Of a DNA stretch of 64,000 nucleotides, positions 54,376 to 64,000 are shown one piece after another (position 1 is the first letter of the stretch; each line of letters starts with the position of its first letter). The notes beneath the pieces were generated by a model, which ran no database searches, was not told where the DNA came from, and was given only the letters and a program-made list of their open reading frames with translations. Both the position numbers and the translations under genes were made by a program. The stretch comes from an uncultured Methanosarcinaceae archaeon (lineage in GTDB: Archaea; Halobacteriota; Methanosarcinia; Methanosarcinales; Methanosarcinaceae), in contig CAVSHT010000004.1 in assembly GCA_963727895.1 (NCBI GenBank), positions 128,001 through 192,000 of the forward strand, given 5' to 3'.

Positions 54376-55196
54376 AAAAATATTAAAGTTATTGTATATT
54401 TAAAAAACTACTGATATTTATTAGAAGACAAGTTAAAGAGAATAACAACAACATTTAAGTAAAGATATTATAAACAGATCTTTTGGAGATCTAAACGTTT
54501 CATGGTAAGAATAACGCAATAACGCCCAAATGGTGAACAACATCAAGACCAAATAAGCAACTAAAGATTAGAGTACTTATTGAGCTTATTACGAATGTAT
54601 TGTAATTAGCTACAAAAAGTGCAACAAAAAAGCCTATGATTTAAATTATTCTAATATCTCCATTCTTTTTTACAAACAATTTAAACTCATCCGCAATAGG
54701 AACTGGATCTATTTTTTTAGTATTGATGTTGGGATATAAAACTCTAACTTTCTCAACGAGCCACCGAAAATACACAATGTTTTGAGATATATTTAAAACC
54801 CCGACAACTACACAATACCCCCAGGATAATTTTTATATAATAGTAATGGGTAATAAGAATCCGGTTGCTTATGAGAAAATACTAAAAGCCTCATTTCACA
54901 CACCAGATTCAAAAGGATTATTATGAAGGATAAGTTTCATCCCCTTCTTCTTGTCCGTTTATAATCGTTTTCTCGTAAGCAACTATCCTTTCCATATTTT
55001 TATAAATCTAAAATTCAGGTATTCCTTATTATAGTCCTGATTGTAAGAAATTCACTTAAATCTCTTAACTGCCCTGTTCTCTCATATATCTGTGTAAATT
55101 TTCCATATAATCTGCTTTTTTTTCAACTTGAATTCAATATAAGACCGAAGAATAAGACCTATTATTTAAATATCGACAGCTCTATTTAGTATCAAG

Positions 55197-56327
55197 ATGA
55201 TCGAGGACGCACTGAGGGTTTTTAAGGAACTTGACTCTAAAGATTTTAGAATTCTTACTGGCATTGAAACCGGTATGAAACATTTTGAATGGGTTCCAAT
55301 AGACGAACTAAACAAGTATACTCGACTGCCTATTGAAAAATTAGAATATAAGCTAAAAAAGCTTGTCCGGAATAAGCTTGTGGTAAGGAATACTCAGCCT
55401 TATGAAGGTTTTCAGATTTACTTTGAAGGATACGATGCCCTTGCTCTCAATGCCTTTGTCAAGCGTAAGAGTATCAGTGCAATAGGAGATGAAATTGGAG
55501 TAGGAAAAGAATCAGTTGTTTACGAAGCGATATTGCCACCTGAGCTCGCAATTGGAGAACCTGTCCCTGTTGTAATCAAGCTCCATAGAGAAGGAAGAAC
55601 AAGCTTCAAGCAAATAAAACGAGTACGTGAACATCTTGGGGAAAGGGAACACTTTTCATGGATCTACGCAGCCAGACTTGCTGCCCAGCGAGAGTACGAC
55701 ATAATGACTACTCTGTATCCTAAAGTCTCTATCCCGAAACCTTTTGACCATAACAGGCATGCAATAGTTATGGAACTTGCAAAAGGCAGCCTTCTCTCAA
55801 AAACAAAACTTACTGATCCAGCATGGTATCTTGATGAAATACTTAAACAGGTGAAAATTACTTATTCATTAGGAATTATCCATGCCGATTTAAGTGAATA
55901 CAACATCTTTGCTTCAGAAGACGGTGTCCAGTTAATAGACTGGCCTCAGTATATTACTCCAGAGCATCCTCATGCTGACGAAATTTTAGAACGAGATATT
56001 TCAAATGTATTGACTCATTTTTTCCGGAAATATGAAATTAAAAGAGATCTTGATGAAACTATCTCTGAAATTAAGAGTGGAATAGGCAAACAAAGTAATA
56101 AAGAAGGTTCAGAAGACAGGGATGAAGTTACTGTAGAAAAATCGGATTTTGAAGAAACTTCAGAAGAAGATTTTGAAGAAGTCTCAGTAGAAGATTTTGA
56201 AGTCGAAAAATTTGATGCAGAAAATTTAGAAGCTAAAGAATTTGAAGCAGAAGAAATTGAGCAAGAAGATCTAGAAAAACAGGATTTCAATAAAAATGAC
56301 TCGAAAAAGGAGACTTCAAAAAAATAA
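55197..56327 (+). CDS. rio2: RIO2 serine/threonine kinase with acidic repeat tail
   Basis: N-terminal wHTH, IGVGKES, IHADLSEYN, IDWPQ. Confidence 0.93.
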   Translation: MIEDALRVFKELDSKDFRILTGIETGMKHFEWVPIDELNKYTRLPIEKLEYKLKKLVRNKLVVRNTQPYEGFQIYFEGYDALALNAFVKRKSISAIGDEIGVGKESVVYEAILPPELAIGEPVPVVIKLHREGRTSFKQIKRVREHLGEREHFSWIYAARLAAQREYDIMTTLYPKVSIPKPFDHNRHAIVMELAKGSLLSKTKLTDPAWYLDEILKQVKITYSLGIIHADLSEYNIFASEDGVQLIDWPQYITPEHPHADEILERDISNVLTHFFRKYEIKRDLDETISEIKSGIGKQSNKEGSEDRDEVTVEKSDFEETSEEDFEEVSVEDFEVEKFDAENLEAKEFEAEEIEQEDLEKQDFNKNDSKKETSKK

Positions 56328-56415
56328 CATATTTTCTTAGTTCTTCAGGTCAAATTATAACAAATAAGAGTAAAATAATAAAAAATAAGAGTTAACCATT
56401 CGGGTATGGAATAAC

Positions 56416-57995
56416 TTAACTGAGAGCTTTTCTTATTTTTCCCATTTTGGTGATGGTTGAGCATACAAGCTGGGAAACTTCTTCATCCATGCAGCTTTCT
56501 TGACTTCCTAATTGAAATAAATCAGACTGCATCATTTCCACAAGGAGGCGGTATGAAGGTTCAGGTTTGGTCTTAATATCAAAAGTATCATTTAGAATTT
56601 CGATGTCTTTGCGAACTTCCTCCTGACATTTCTTAGATAAGAAACGGGAAGCTACATTGAGATCCAGATATCTATATGCAAAATTAAGGTCACCTTCAAG
56701 AGAGGGGAAATATCTTGTGAGCAAGTGTTCACAGGCATTTTCTCCTAATTTTTCTCTTGCTGCTTCAAGGGCACGACCTGTACCTATGAATTCAGGAGGC
56801 AAGCCTATCGAATAGAGCGCACCAGTAAACTTGATTGCCCTTGGAAGTTGAAGGTTTTCAGCAGGGATGCTGGCTTCAAGATCATTTCCTATATCAGTGC
56901 GGCAGAGTTTGATCAGGCTTGAAATATCAGGAGCGCTTCTTGAATAGCCGCCTGTACCTTTATGCATAAGACGATCGCGTTGCTGGGGAAGAAGAGCAGC
57001 TATCTGATTTATTGTAGAAGCCAGTTGTCTGAGTGTCTGGCTGTAACTCGTCCCAAAGATCCCTATCAGGTTTATTATTTCTTCTTTTTCTTCAGCGGAA
57101 GAAAATTCAGGTATTTCAGGAAGCCTGTCTTTTGCAAGTTTTACCAGGGCTTCAGCATCTCCTTTTTTATGGCTGTACCTGAGAGCAGACTGGAGAGTAA
57201 TCGTCCCGACTCCCTGATATTCCCTGAAAAAGTTTTCTGCATTTTTTAAATCAAGGTGCCCTCTGAAAGGAAGCGTTCCTGCACCGAATATGATGCCAGT
57301 TTGGGTTTCGAGTTCGGAATTTAGCTCGCAGACTCCATTTATTGCGTATTTGCATGACAGTGTGCTAGTAACATGTCCAAAGGATAGAGCAGAATCGGAT
57401 TTACCCAGAAATATCCTGAATTTTTCGGGAACTGCTCCAAAGTTCTCTTCCCAGGCAAAAATCGTATTCTTTGCAAGTTCTTTTGCTTGTAGAAGGGCAG
57501 GAGCATCCTCAATAAGAGGAACTATTCGCGGTGCCTCCATTGAGAACCCGAATTCCTTTTTTGCAAGCTCACTTACGTCTACCATTGCTGCTGAGCTTCA
57601 ACTATTTCCTTGACAGTGTCTGTCATTGGATGGATGAACTCGTTGATTGCCTGGACATCTGAGTATTTAAAGGCATTGTAGTTAGCCTCAGCAATTGACA
57701 TCATAACCATGAGCTGCCTGAATCGATTTTCTTGAACTGCGCTAGGAGCTCTTGGAGTGAGGAAAATATCCTTTCCGGGCACAAGGTCTGTCTCTTCTAT
57801 AAGTTTTGACACGATCTGGACATTTTGATGGTAAGGGGTAGCTTTGCCCTCATAATCCGGCATGTACTCGTCACAACCGAATACTGTTGCAGCCTCTATA
57901 GCTTCTTCCGGCTCTTCCTGTGTAGAAATATATTTTGATGCTGAATCTGGGTGCTGAGTACACATTATCTTTGGAAATACAGTTTTTCTGCTCAT
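56416..57995 (-). pseudogene. ppcA: archaeal phosphoenolpyruvate carboxylase, 1-bp frameshift near 57585 (possible assembly error)
   Basis: MCTQHPD, DYEGK, FLGKSDSAL, LPFRGHL, LPRAIKFTGALYSIGLPPE. Confidence 0.92.
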
Positions 57996-58541
57996 GAAAT
58001 TAAATCCTCACTGCTTACAGCTTAACCTTAATCTAGCTGAGATCGTTATTGATTTTAGTTTGAAGTCCACTACTGATTTTTTTTACTTCAGCTTTCATTG
58101 AATTTATTACTAAATTTGTAATTTTTTACTCAACAGATGAGATATGAAAAATAAATGGGGAAGATAAATTAAATTAGTGTTAACCATTAATTTTAAGCAA
58201 ATCAACATCGATGCATATTGTATACTATATAATAAACGTTTCCGTTTACAATAAGTTGACATTAAGATATGAAGATCACAAAGCTAGTATGACTGTTCAA
58301 AACTACTATGATTTCAGCGTTATCAGATTTAAGTAAAAATTATTCGGTAAGTAGCTTAAATTAAAATTATAAAAATAAAGTTAAAAAGTATGAGACCCGA
58401 AAAATTTGATAGAATTTTTTGCTCGATTGAAGACTATATCAAGTTTTTTCATAAAAAACAAAAATAGATTAAGGAAAGCCAGATAAATATTGGAAGGATA
58501 TCATATTACAGTGAATAGGAGACTTGGAATTCTTGAATCAT

Positions 58542-59276
58542 TTAAAACCTTTTAATTATTCTGATTTCATGGTATCCGCAGTTTCTGCATTTAAAATATC
58601 TGATTTTCTTTCTGAAAAAGTAGTTTAATACATCAATATTTCTGTATTCTTCTACTGTATGTTCTTTCCCACATTCTTCACAGGTATCCTCTGTTGAATG
58701 AATTTGCTTTTTCTCATAGTGATGATCTACAGATTGAGGTTCGATTTTTATGTATTCATACCCACAGTTTCTACAATGCCAGTATTGTGTTAGGGTTTTC
58801 GTATAGGCATCAGCTTTACTCTCTTCTTTTACAAGGGGAGGTTGAAATTCCTCAAAAACGAAATGTTTCTCGCATTTTTCGCAGTAAGAATCCGTACAAT
58901 AATTCATTGTAGCCCTGTAATAACCAAACATGTAAAGAAAAACAACTTCTGATATAATTGTAAGATATTTTCCGGCTGATAAAAAAAAGTTTTCAGATTT
59001 TAGAGAGAAATAACCAGGAGCAAACATCAAAAATAGGAATAACAGCATTGATAAAAGAAGGAGTTTCGAGAACAAACTGGTCCTTTTTTGAATTTTTTCG
59101 ATTCCAAGTTTATTTGCCAGGTTTGTAGCTTCTTCCCTACTTTCAGGACTATATCTTGGATTTAATCTCTGGCTCATTTCTACAATGTCATTTTCAGGGT
59201 CTATTGTGTAGCTGATACCTTTATATGAAACCTGATATGATCCTGATGGAAACCTTATGCGTTTGTCTTTTGCCAA
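58542..59276 (-). CDS. membrane protein with zinc-ribbon CxxC motifs
   Basis: Two TMs, CEKC, CRNC, CEEC, CRNC. Confidence 0.7.
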   Translation of the reverse strand: MAKDKRIRFPSGSYQVSYKGISYTIDPENDIVEMSQRLNPRYSPESREEATNLANKLGIEKIQKRTSLFSKLLLLSMLLFLFLMFAPGYFSLKSENFFLSAGKYLTIISEVVFLYMFGYYRATMNYCTDSYCEKCEKHFVFEEFQPPLVKEESKADAYTKTLTQYWHCRNCGYEYIKIEPQSVDHHYEKKQIHSTEDTCEECGKEHTVEEYRNIDVLNYFFRKKIRYFKCRNCGYHEIRIIKRF

Positions 59277-59651
59277 TAGATCAGCGGTCCGTTTCTGGTT
59301 AGATTAACTGTTATTAATAACTATTTTTATATAACTCCATATATAAAAAAGGTTTTTCCAATCCAGTCCACTCCTTTTTAAAAAAATTTAATTACAAACT
59401 TTTAAGAGAATACTATCATAAATGAAATCTTGTATAGTCTAGTTGCACAACACAAACCTTTTTTGAAAAGATTTGATTTTAATCTTGCTGGTAGAAACTT
59501 TAACCACAAATTTATTCGGTGATATCATGCGATGAAACAATTGAAACTCAAAACTGGCGTTCAAGAAGACTAAAAAATCTAAAGTTAAATGAAATCAAAA
59601 CTAAGAGTCAAAAACTGCTGTCTAATATAAAAGTTATTTAAAAATTAAAGA

Positions 59652-59723
59652 AGCCAAGGTCCGGATTTGAACCAGGACTGAATCGCTCTGCTGGCGATTG
59701 CGTGACCGCTTCGCCACCTTGGC
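59652..59723 (-). tRNA. tRNA-Cys(GCA)
   Basis: GCCAAGG/CCTTGGC, anticodon arm ATCGC-CAGCAGA-GCGAT, U73. Confidence 0.9.
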
Positions 59724-60178
59724 ATTTTGTATAATCTAATACAGTAAATGAGTATATAAATTTTTAGATTTAAAGGATATTTTCATTCACACAACCAGTT
59801 AATTATAATATAATTTTAGAATTTGAGTTGTTATTAAAACGCTTAATTGTGTCAAGAAGTAGGCTTTTGAATAAGAACACTTGTTTTTAATTCATGAAGA
59901 GGACTAGTCAATAGAGAAATATTGTTCCTCTTTCTCGTTAAAAATAAAGTAAAAGTTAATTTATTATTAGATTATAGTGGGGTCAATTTAATAAGTTGGA
60001 AGAGTGGAGGCTTTTGTTTCAAAAACATACTAAATAAATTAATATACTATGGCATGGTAAGTTTACATGTAAATTTATTATGTACATGTAAGACGAAGAG
60101 GATTTAATTATATAATTTTATGTGAAAATTATTAACTAATATATATTTATTACTAAAAATAAAAAGAAGGATCTGCTT

Positions 60179-60559
60179 ATGACCCGAGTGATGATTGTAG
60201 AAGATGCTGAATTTATGCGAATAGCAATCAAGGATATTCTTTTTAGACATGGGCATGAGGTAGTTGCTGAAGTAGCTGATGAAGAAGAAGCCGTTCAAAA
60301 ATATCTGGAAGTAAAGCCGGATCTCGTTTTAATGGATATAATGGTGCCGGGAAATGTGCCAGATAACATATATTGGAAAACGTTATTTAATGAGTTTCTC
60401 GTTATAGACCATAAAGCAAAAATGGCAATGTTTTCTTCTCTTGGCCATCAGATTTTGATAACGGAATCCATGAAAATAGGCTCGATGGGTTTTATAGTAA
60501 AGTCTTTTGAGTCTGATGGAATATTAGATCTGCTTAGAATAATTGCCGAGCCTAACTGA
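60179..60559 (+). CDS. CheY-like response regulator receiver
   Basis: VMIVEDA, PDLVLMD, GFIVK. Confidence 0.88.
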   Translation: MTRVMIVEDAEFMRIAIKDILFRHGHEVVAEVADEEEAVQKYLEVKPDLVLMDIMVPGNVPDNIYWKTLFNEFLVIDHKAKMAMFSSLGHQILITESMKIGSMGFIVKSFESDGILDLLRIIAEPN

Positions 60560-60700
60560 GTTTTTGAATAAACAGGAACTTAATATAAATGAATAAGACT
60601 CAATAAAACTCTCAGCAAGCTCACAATAAAAACGCAGGGTTTGGCACTTAAATATGGTTTTCTCCTAATAAATAACTATGGTTAATTATCAAAGTCGATA

Positions 60701-61154
60701 TTTGGTCAGGAGTTAGAGAACCTAAAAAGTGAAAATGAGATATCTATTGTCGAACTGAATGAAATGCATACTTACATCGGTAACAAAAAAAATATTGTTG
60801 GATCTGGATTGCTATTGATAGAGTTGGGAAAAAGTTTATCAACTGCTTTTTTGGTAACAGAGGAACAGAAACTGGAAAACTACTCTGGGAAAAATTGAAG
60901 AAAATAAACATTGGAGAAGTGATGACCGATCACTGGAGAGCATATGCAGAGTTTCTTCCAGAAAAGATCCATACTCAATCAAAAGCAGAAAAATTTACAG
61001 TTGAAGGATATAACAGCATATTGAGGCACTTTCTGGCAAGATTGAGAAGAAAGAGACAAAGTGTTATACAAAGATATTGAAATGCTAAAGTACTCGGTTC
61101 TTCTATTGATGAAATATAGAAATAAATAACTAGATATATTTAGTTACCAATGCC
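60701..61154 (+). mobile_element. IS1-family 5'-truncated remnant
   Basis: InsB-like sequence, right end caatgcc. Confidence 0.85.
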
Positions 61155-61591
61155 AATTAATTTATTTTAAGCCAATGACCAGAAATTTTTCTGTTTATTC
61201 TTACAAAAAAGTATCTGTTAGATCATACTTCTTCTTTAAATATCATTTAATCATGTTGTGCTCATAGGAAAACTGTATTATTAAGAGTTTACAAGAATAT
61301 TGACAGGTTCTTATCCCGAAAAAAATAGTTTTTGAGAAAACTTGAAATTTCATATTTTATAGAAGTTCTTTTAATTTTTTTATTTAGAAAAATAGGTTTA
61401 TATATAATTTATTCAATTTTACGACTGTCTGATGGTAAATAGCCAACAGACAATAAAAACAAAATGGACTTACGCAATCGTGCTGGAAATTAGTAGAATA
61501 AAGTTTTCGAGCCGCTTAAGTCATAGTCATGAAAGACTTATCCGTGTTTTTTCTTGTACCTCATATGCGCTCGTCCTTAGGAGCATTTTAT

Positions 61592-62452
61592 ATGAAAAAA
61601 TATTTCTTGCTTATGGTGGTTTTACTAGTATTAGGTATACTATTAATGCCTACAACTCTAGCAGAAGGCAATGTAAAAGTTAATGACTTCTCTTCTAATG
61701 TTACAAATGGAACTGTTACATTATATACCAGATTTACTGGCAACGTTTCTGGAAATATTACTAATTGGAAGTTTATATTTACAAATTTAGTAACAGGAAA
61801 TACTACTTACAGTGGTGGAAACGATAATGTAAACATAACAACTCACCACAATATTAAAAGACCTGGTGTTTATAATGTTACATTGCTGGCATGGGGACCC
61901 GATGGAAATGACTCACTTACAAAGGTAGCCTATGTAACTGCCAATATGAATAACTCAAGCACACCAGTTGCAGATTTCAATGTGTCTTCCACTTTGGGAA
62001 ATGCACCATTAAACGTATCATTTACTGATAATAGTAGAAATGCAACTTCCTGGTACTGGAATTTCGGAGATGGAAATAATTCGACCGAAGAAAATCCAAC
62101 TCATAACTACACTGCAGACGGGAACCATACTGTTATCCTGGCAGTAAACAATACAAATGGTTGGAGTGCAAAAACTCAAAACATAACTGTACAAAATGGA
62201 CTCCCTGTAGTTGATTTTAGTGCAGATAATTCCACTGGCTCTGTACAATTTACAGATTTATCTCAAAATGCAACCTCATGGTCCTGGGACTTCGGAGATG
62301 GAGAAATCTCAACTGATGAGAGTCCATTACATACTTATTCCGCAGCTGGAAACTATACAGTAACACTTACAGCAAGCAATGAAAATGGGTCTGTCTCAAA
62401 AGCTAGTACAGTATATTTAACAGACGACGACATTGATAATGAAGATGACTAA
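61592..62452 (+). CDS. PKD-domain cell-surface protein
   Basis: Signal peptide from MKKYFLL, WNFGDG and WDFGDG repeats. Confidence 0.9.
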   Translation: MKKYFLLMVVLLVLGILLMPTTLAEGNVKVNDFSSNVTNGTVTLYTRFTGNVSGNITNWKFIFTNLVTGNTTYSGGNDNVNITTHHNIKRPGVYNVTLLAWGPDGNDSLTKVAYVTANMNNSSTPVADFNVSSTLGNAPLNVSFTDNSRNATSWYWNFGDGNNSTEENPTHNYTADGNHTVILAVNNTNGWSAKTQNITVQNGLPVVDFSADNSTGSVQFTDLSQNATSWSWDFGDGEISTDESPLHTYSAAGNYTVTLTASNENGSVSKASTVYLTDDDIDNEDD

Positions 62453-62689
62453 AAGTAACAAAGTAGCGCATGAAAATATTGCTATTAATGACAATGCACC
62501 TGCCAGATAACGGAAAAAGGATACGAATTTCCTTCAGTTCTTATTGATGACAGGACAATGAGCATTGACATAGAACTCTTTGAACATTCAAAATATCTGG
62601 TAAGGCATATAAGATGTCAGACCAGAAGAATTATCTTTTTTATACCGTTTCAACTTTCGAGAATCTTTACGCGAGATTATTTTTTAACC

Positions 62690-63235
62690 TTATTTTCTGT
62701 CAAAAAAGATATTCTTCCCGGTTACACTCAACGGAATTCCAAAAACAACATCTGCATCCAGCAAGCCTGAAACTCTAGCTGCTGCGCCAATTGAGTACAT
62801 TACTCTGTTGTCAATGCAGAAATCCTTGGCTTTTGCAACGGCTGCACCTATAGCGATTCCCAGGTCTACATATTTGAGCATGCAGTTTGGACCCTTAAAA
62901 TCTACATCTACTTTCTGCTGGTTCAGCATCTCAGCACAGGTTTCAAAACCGCAGGCTCCACAGTTCAAACCTGCAGCTCCACTGGATTTGACACCAATGA
63001 GGACAACAGCTCCTGCATTTCGAAGATTTGCAGCGTCCCTTTTCAGAAAAGCAAAGCTTGAACCCTTTTTATCTGCTAACTTTTCCATACATGAGGCAAG
63101 AGCTTCAATGTCTTCTTTTTCAACAAGGGCAGTTATTATATCATCTACTCCTTTGGCTTTTGGTGCAGTCCGTGCAGCCAGAAGTATGCTCTTTGCAAGT
63201 GTATCAAGAACTTCGGATTCAGGATTGAGAATCAT
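62690..63235 (-). CDS. DUF2148-type ferredoxin-domain protein
   Basis: AARTAPK, NCGACGFETC, DLGIAIGAA, DNRVMYSIG. Confidence 0.85.
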   Translation of the reverse strand: MILNPESEVLDTLAKSILLAARTAPKAKGVDDIITALVEKEDIEALASCMEKLADKKGSSFAFLKRDAANLRNAGAVVLIGVKSSGAAGLNCGACGFETCAEMLNQQKVDVDFKGPNCMLKYVDLGIAIGAAVAKAKDFCIDNRVMYSIGAAARVSGLLDADVVFGIPLSVTGKNIFFDRK

Positions 63236-63322
63236 GCTCAGGTATTGGAATTGTCTGGGTTTAAGTATTTCGCAACTTTTGAAAATGGCTGGGTTAGAAC
63301 TTTTAAAAAAGCTCATAATCTC

Positions 63323-64000
63323 TTAAAACCTAAAAGATTCCCCGTTTGCGGGCGCATATGCATCCACGCCGATTTCTTCCGAAATCCACTCTGCAAAGCT
63401 TTCGGTTTTGTCTCCATGCATTACAAAAACTCTTTCAGTACCTTTCTTGCAGAAATCCTTTACAACCTTTTTGAGCTCGCTATCTCCGCTGTGGGCGGAA
63501 AAATCATACTGCTCTACTCTGGGCTTGAGCGTAAGAATATCTCCTCTGGTCTCAATAAGTCCGTGCTCAAGAGCCAGCCTGCCGTTTGTGCCTTCAACCT
63601 GGTAGCCTGTAAGCAGGACTTTTGATTTGGGATCTTTGTAAAGCCGGCTCAAGATAATAAAGTACAGGTCCACCATTCAGCATTCCGGCTGTAGTAACAA
63701 TAACTGACGGTTCTTTAAGGACTGAATCCCGATGCTGGTCTTTTACGGAAACCGCACGTCCAAAAGCCCTATCAAGAAGCTCAGGATTTTTAAGATATTC
63801 AGGATATTTTTTAAGGATCTTGTACACATCTCTGCCCATGCCGTCCACATAAGCCCTGATTCCGTGAGCATCAAGGAGCATAAGTATCTCCTGAGTCCTG
63901 CCTATTGCAAAGGCAGGGATAAGAGCAGTGCCTCCCCTATCCAGGTTTCCAGGACCGATTCGATAAACCTTTCTTCGGTTTCTTTTCGCGGGATATGGTC
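63323..64000 (-). CDS. MBL-fold beta-CASP ribonuclease, 5'-partial, two apparent frameshifts
   Basis: IPAFAIGRTQE, TAGMLNGG, TGYQVEGT, FSAH, MHG. Confidence 0.88.

Noticed and set aside
56140..56290. 15-bp periodic repeat
   Set aside because: Explained by the acidic low-complexity tail of Rio2
58511..58535. Partial resemblance to the sRNA hairpin-2 loop (gaataggagacttggaattc)
   Set aside because: No pairing arm, first hairpin or linker; likely chance
1197..63625. Numerous antisense or overlapping ORFs in the ORF track (e.g. 10323, 11065, 14450, 62808)
   Set aside because: Shadows of well-supported genes on the other strand with no recognisable motifs
1..64000. CRISPR array or cas genes
   Set aside because: No regularly spaced direct repeats seen; repeats are IS, MITE or coding repeats

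Overview
Archaeal DNA, most consistent with an AT-rich Methanosarcina chromosome (archaeal ppcA, coaD and Rio2, PKD/S-layer proteins, Methanosarcina-type IS ends; taxonomy is inferred). Core-gene islands are separated by a heavily eroded accessory region containing IS1, IS6, IS21 and ISH3 copies or remnants, at least three MITE families, a group II intron and a small tyrosine recombinase. Main observations: (1) a GC-richer nitrogenase-like operon (NifD-like, NifK-like, NifH-like, SAM methyltransferase) with no nifB/E/N in the window, lying divergent to an ABC-ATPase / HypB-UreG GTPase / Fe-S gene trio; (2) a two-copy, TATA-preceded, two-hairpin small RNA candidate with covarying stems and repeated UAGGG loops, plus a second structured RNA candidate with UGGGGG loops; (3) a group II intron inserted in a 135-bp MITE whose subterminal sequence matches EBS1; (4) an inversion carrying the footprint of replicative transposition by a 150-bp IS6-type MITE. 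Many frameshifts fall in short homopolymers, including in core genes, so some apparent pseudogenes may be assembly errors. All alignments and folds were done by eye.
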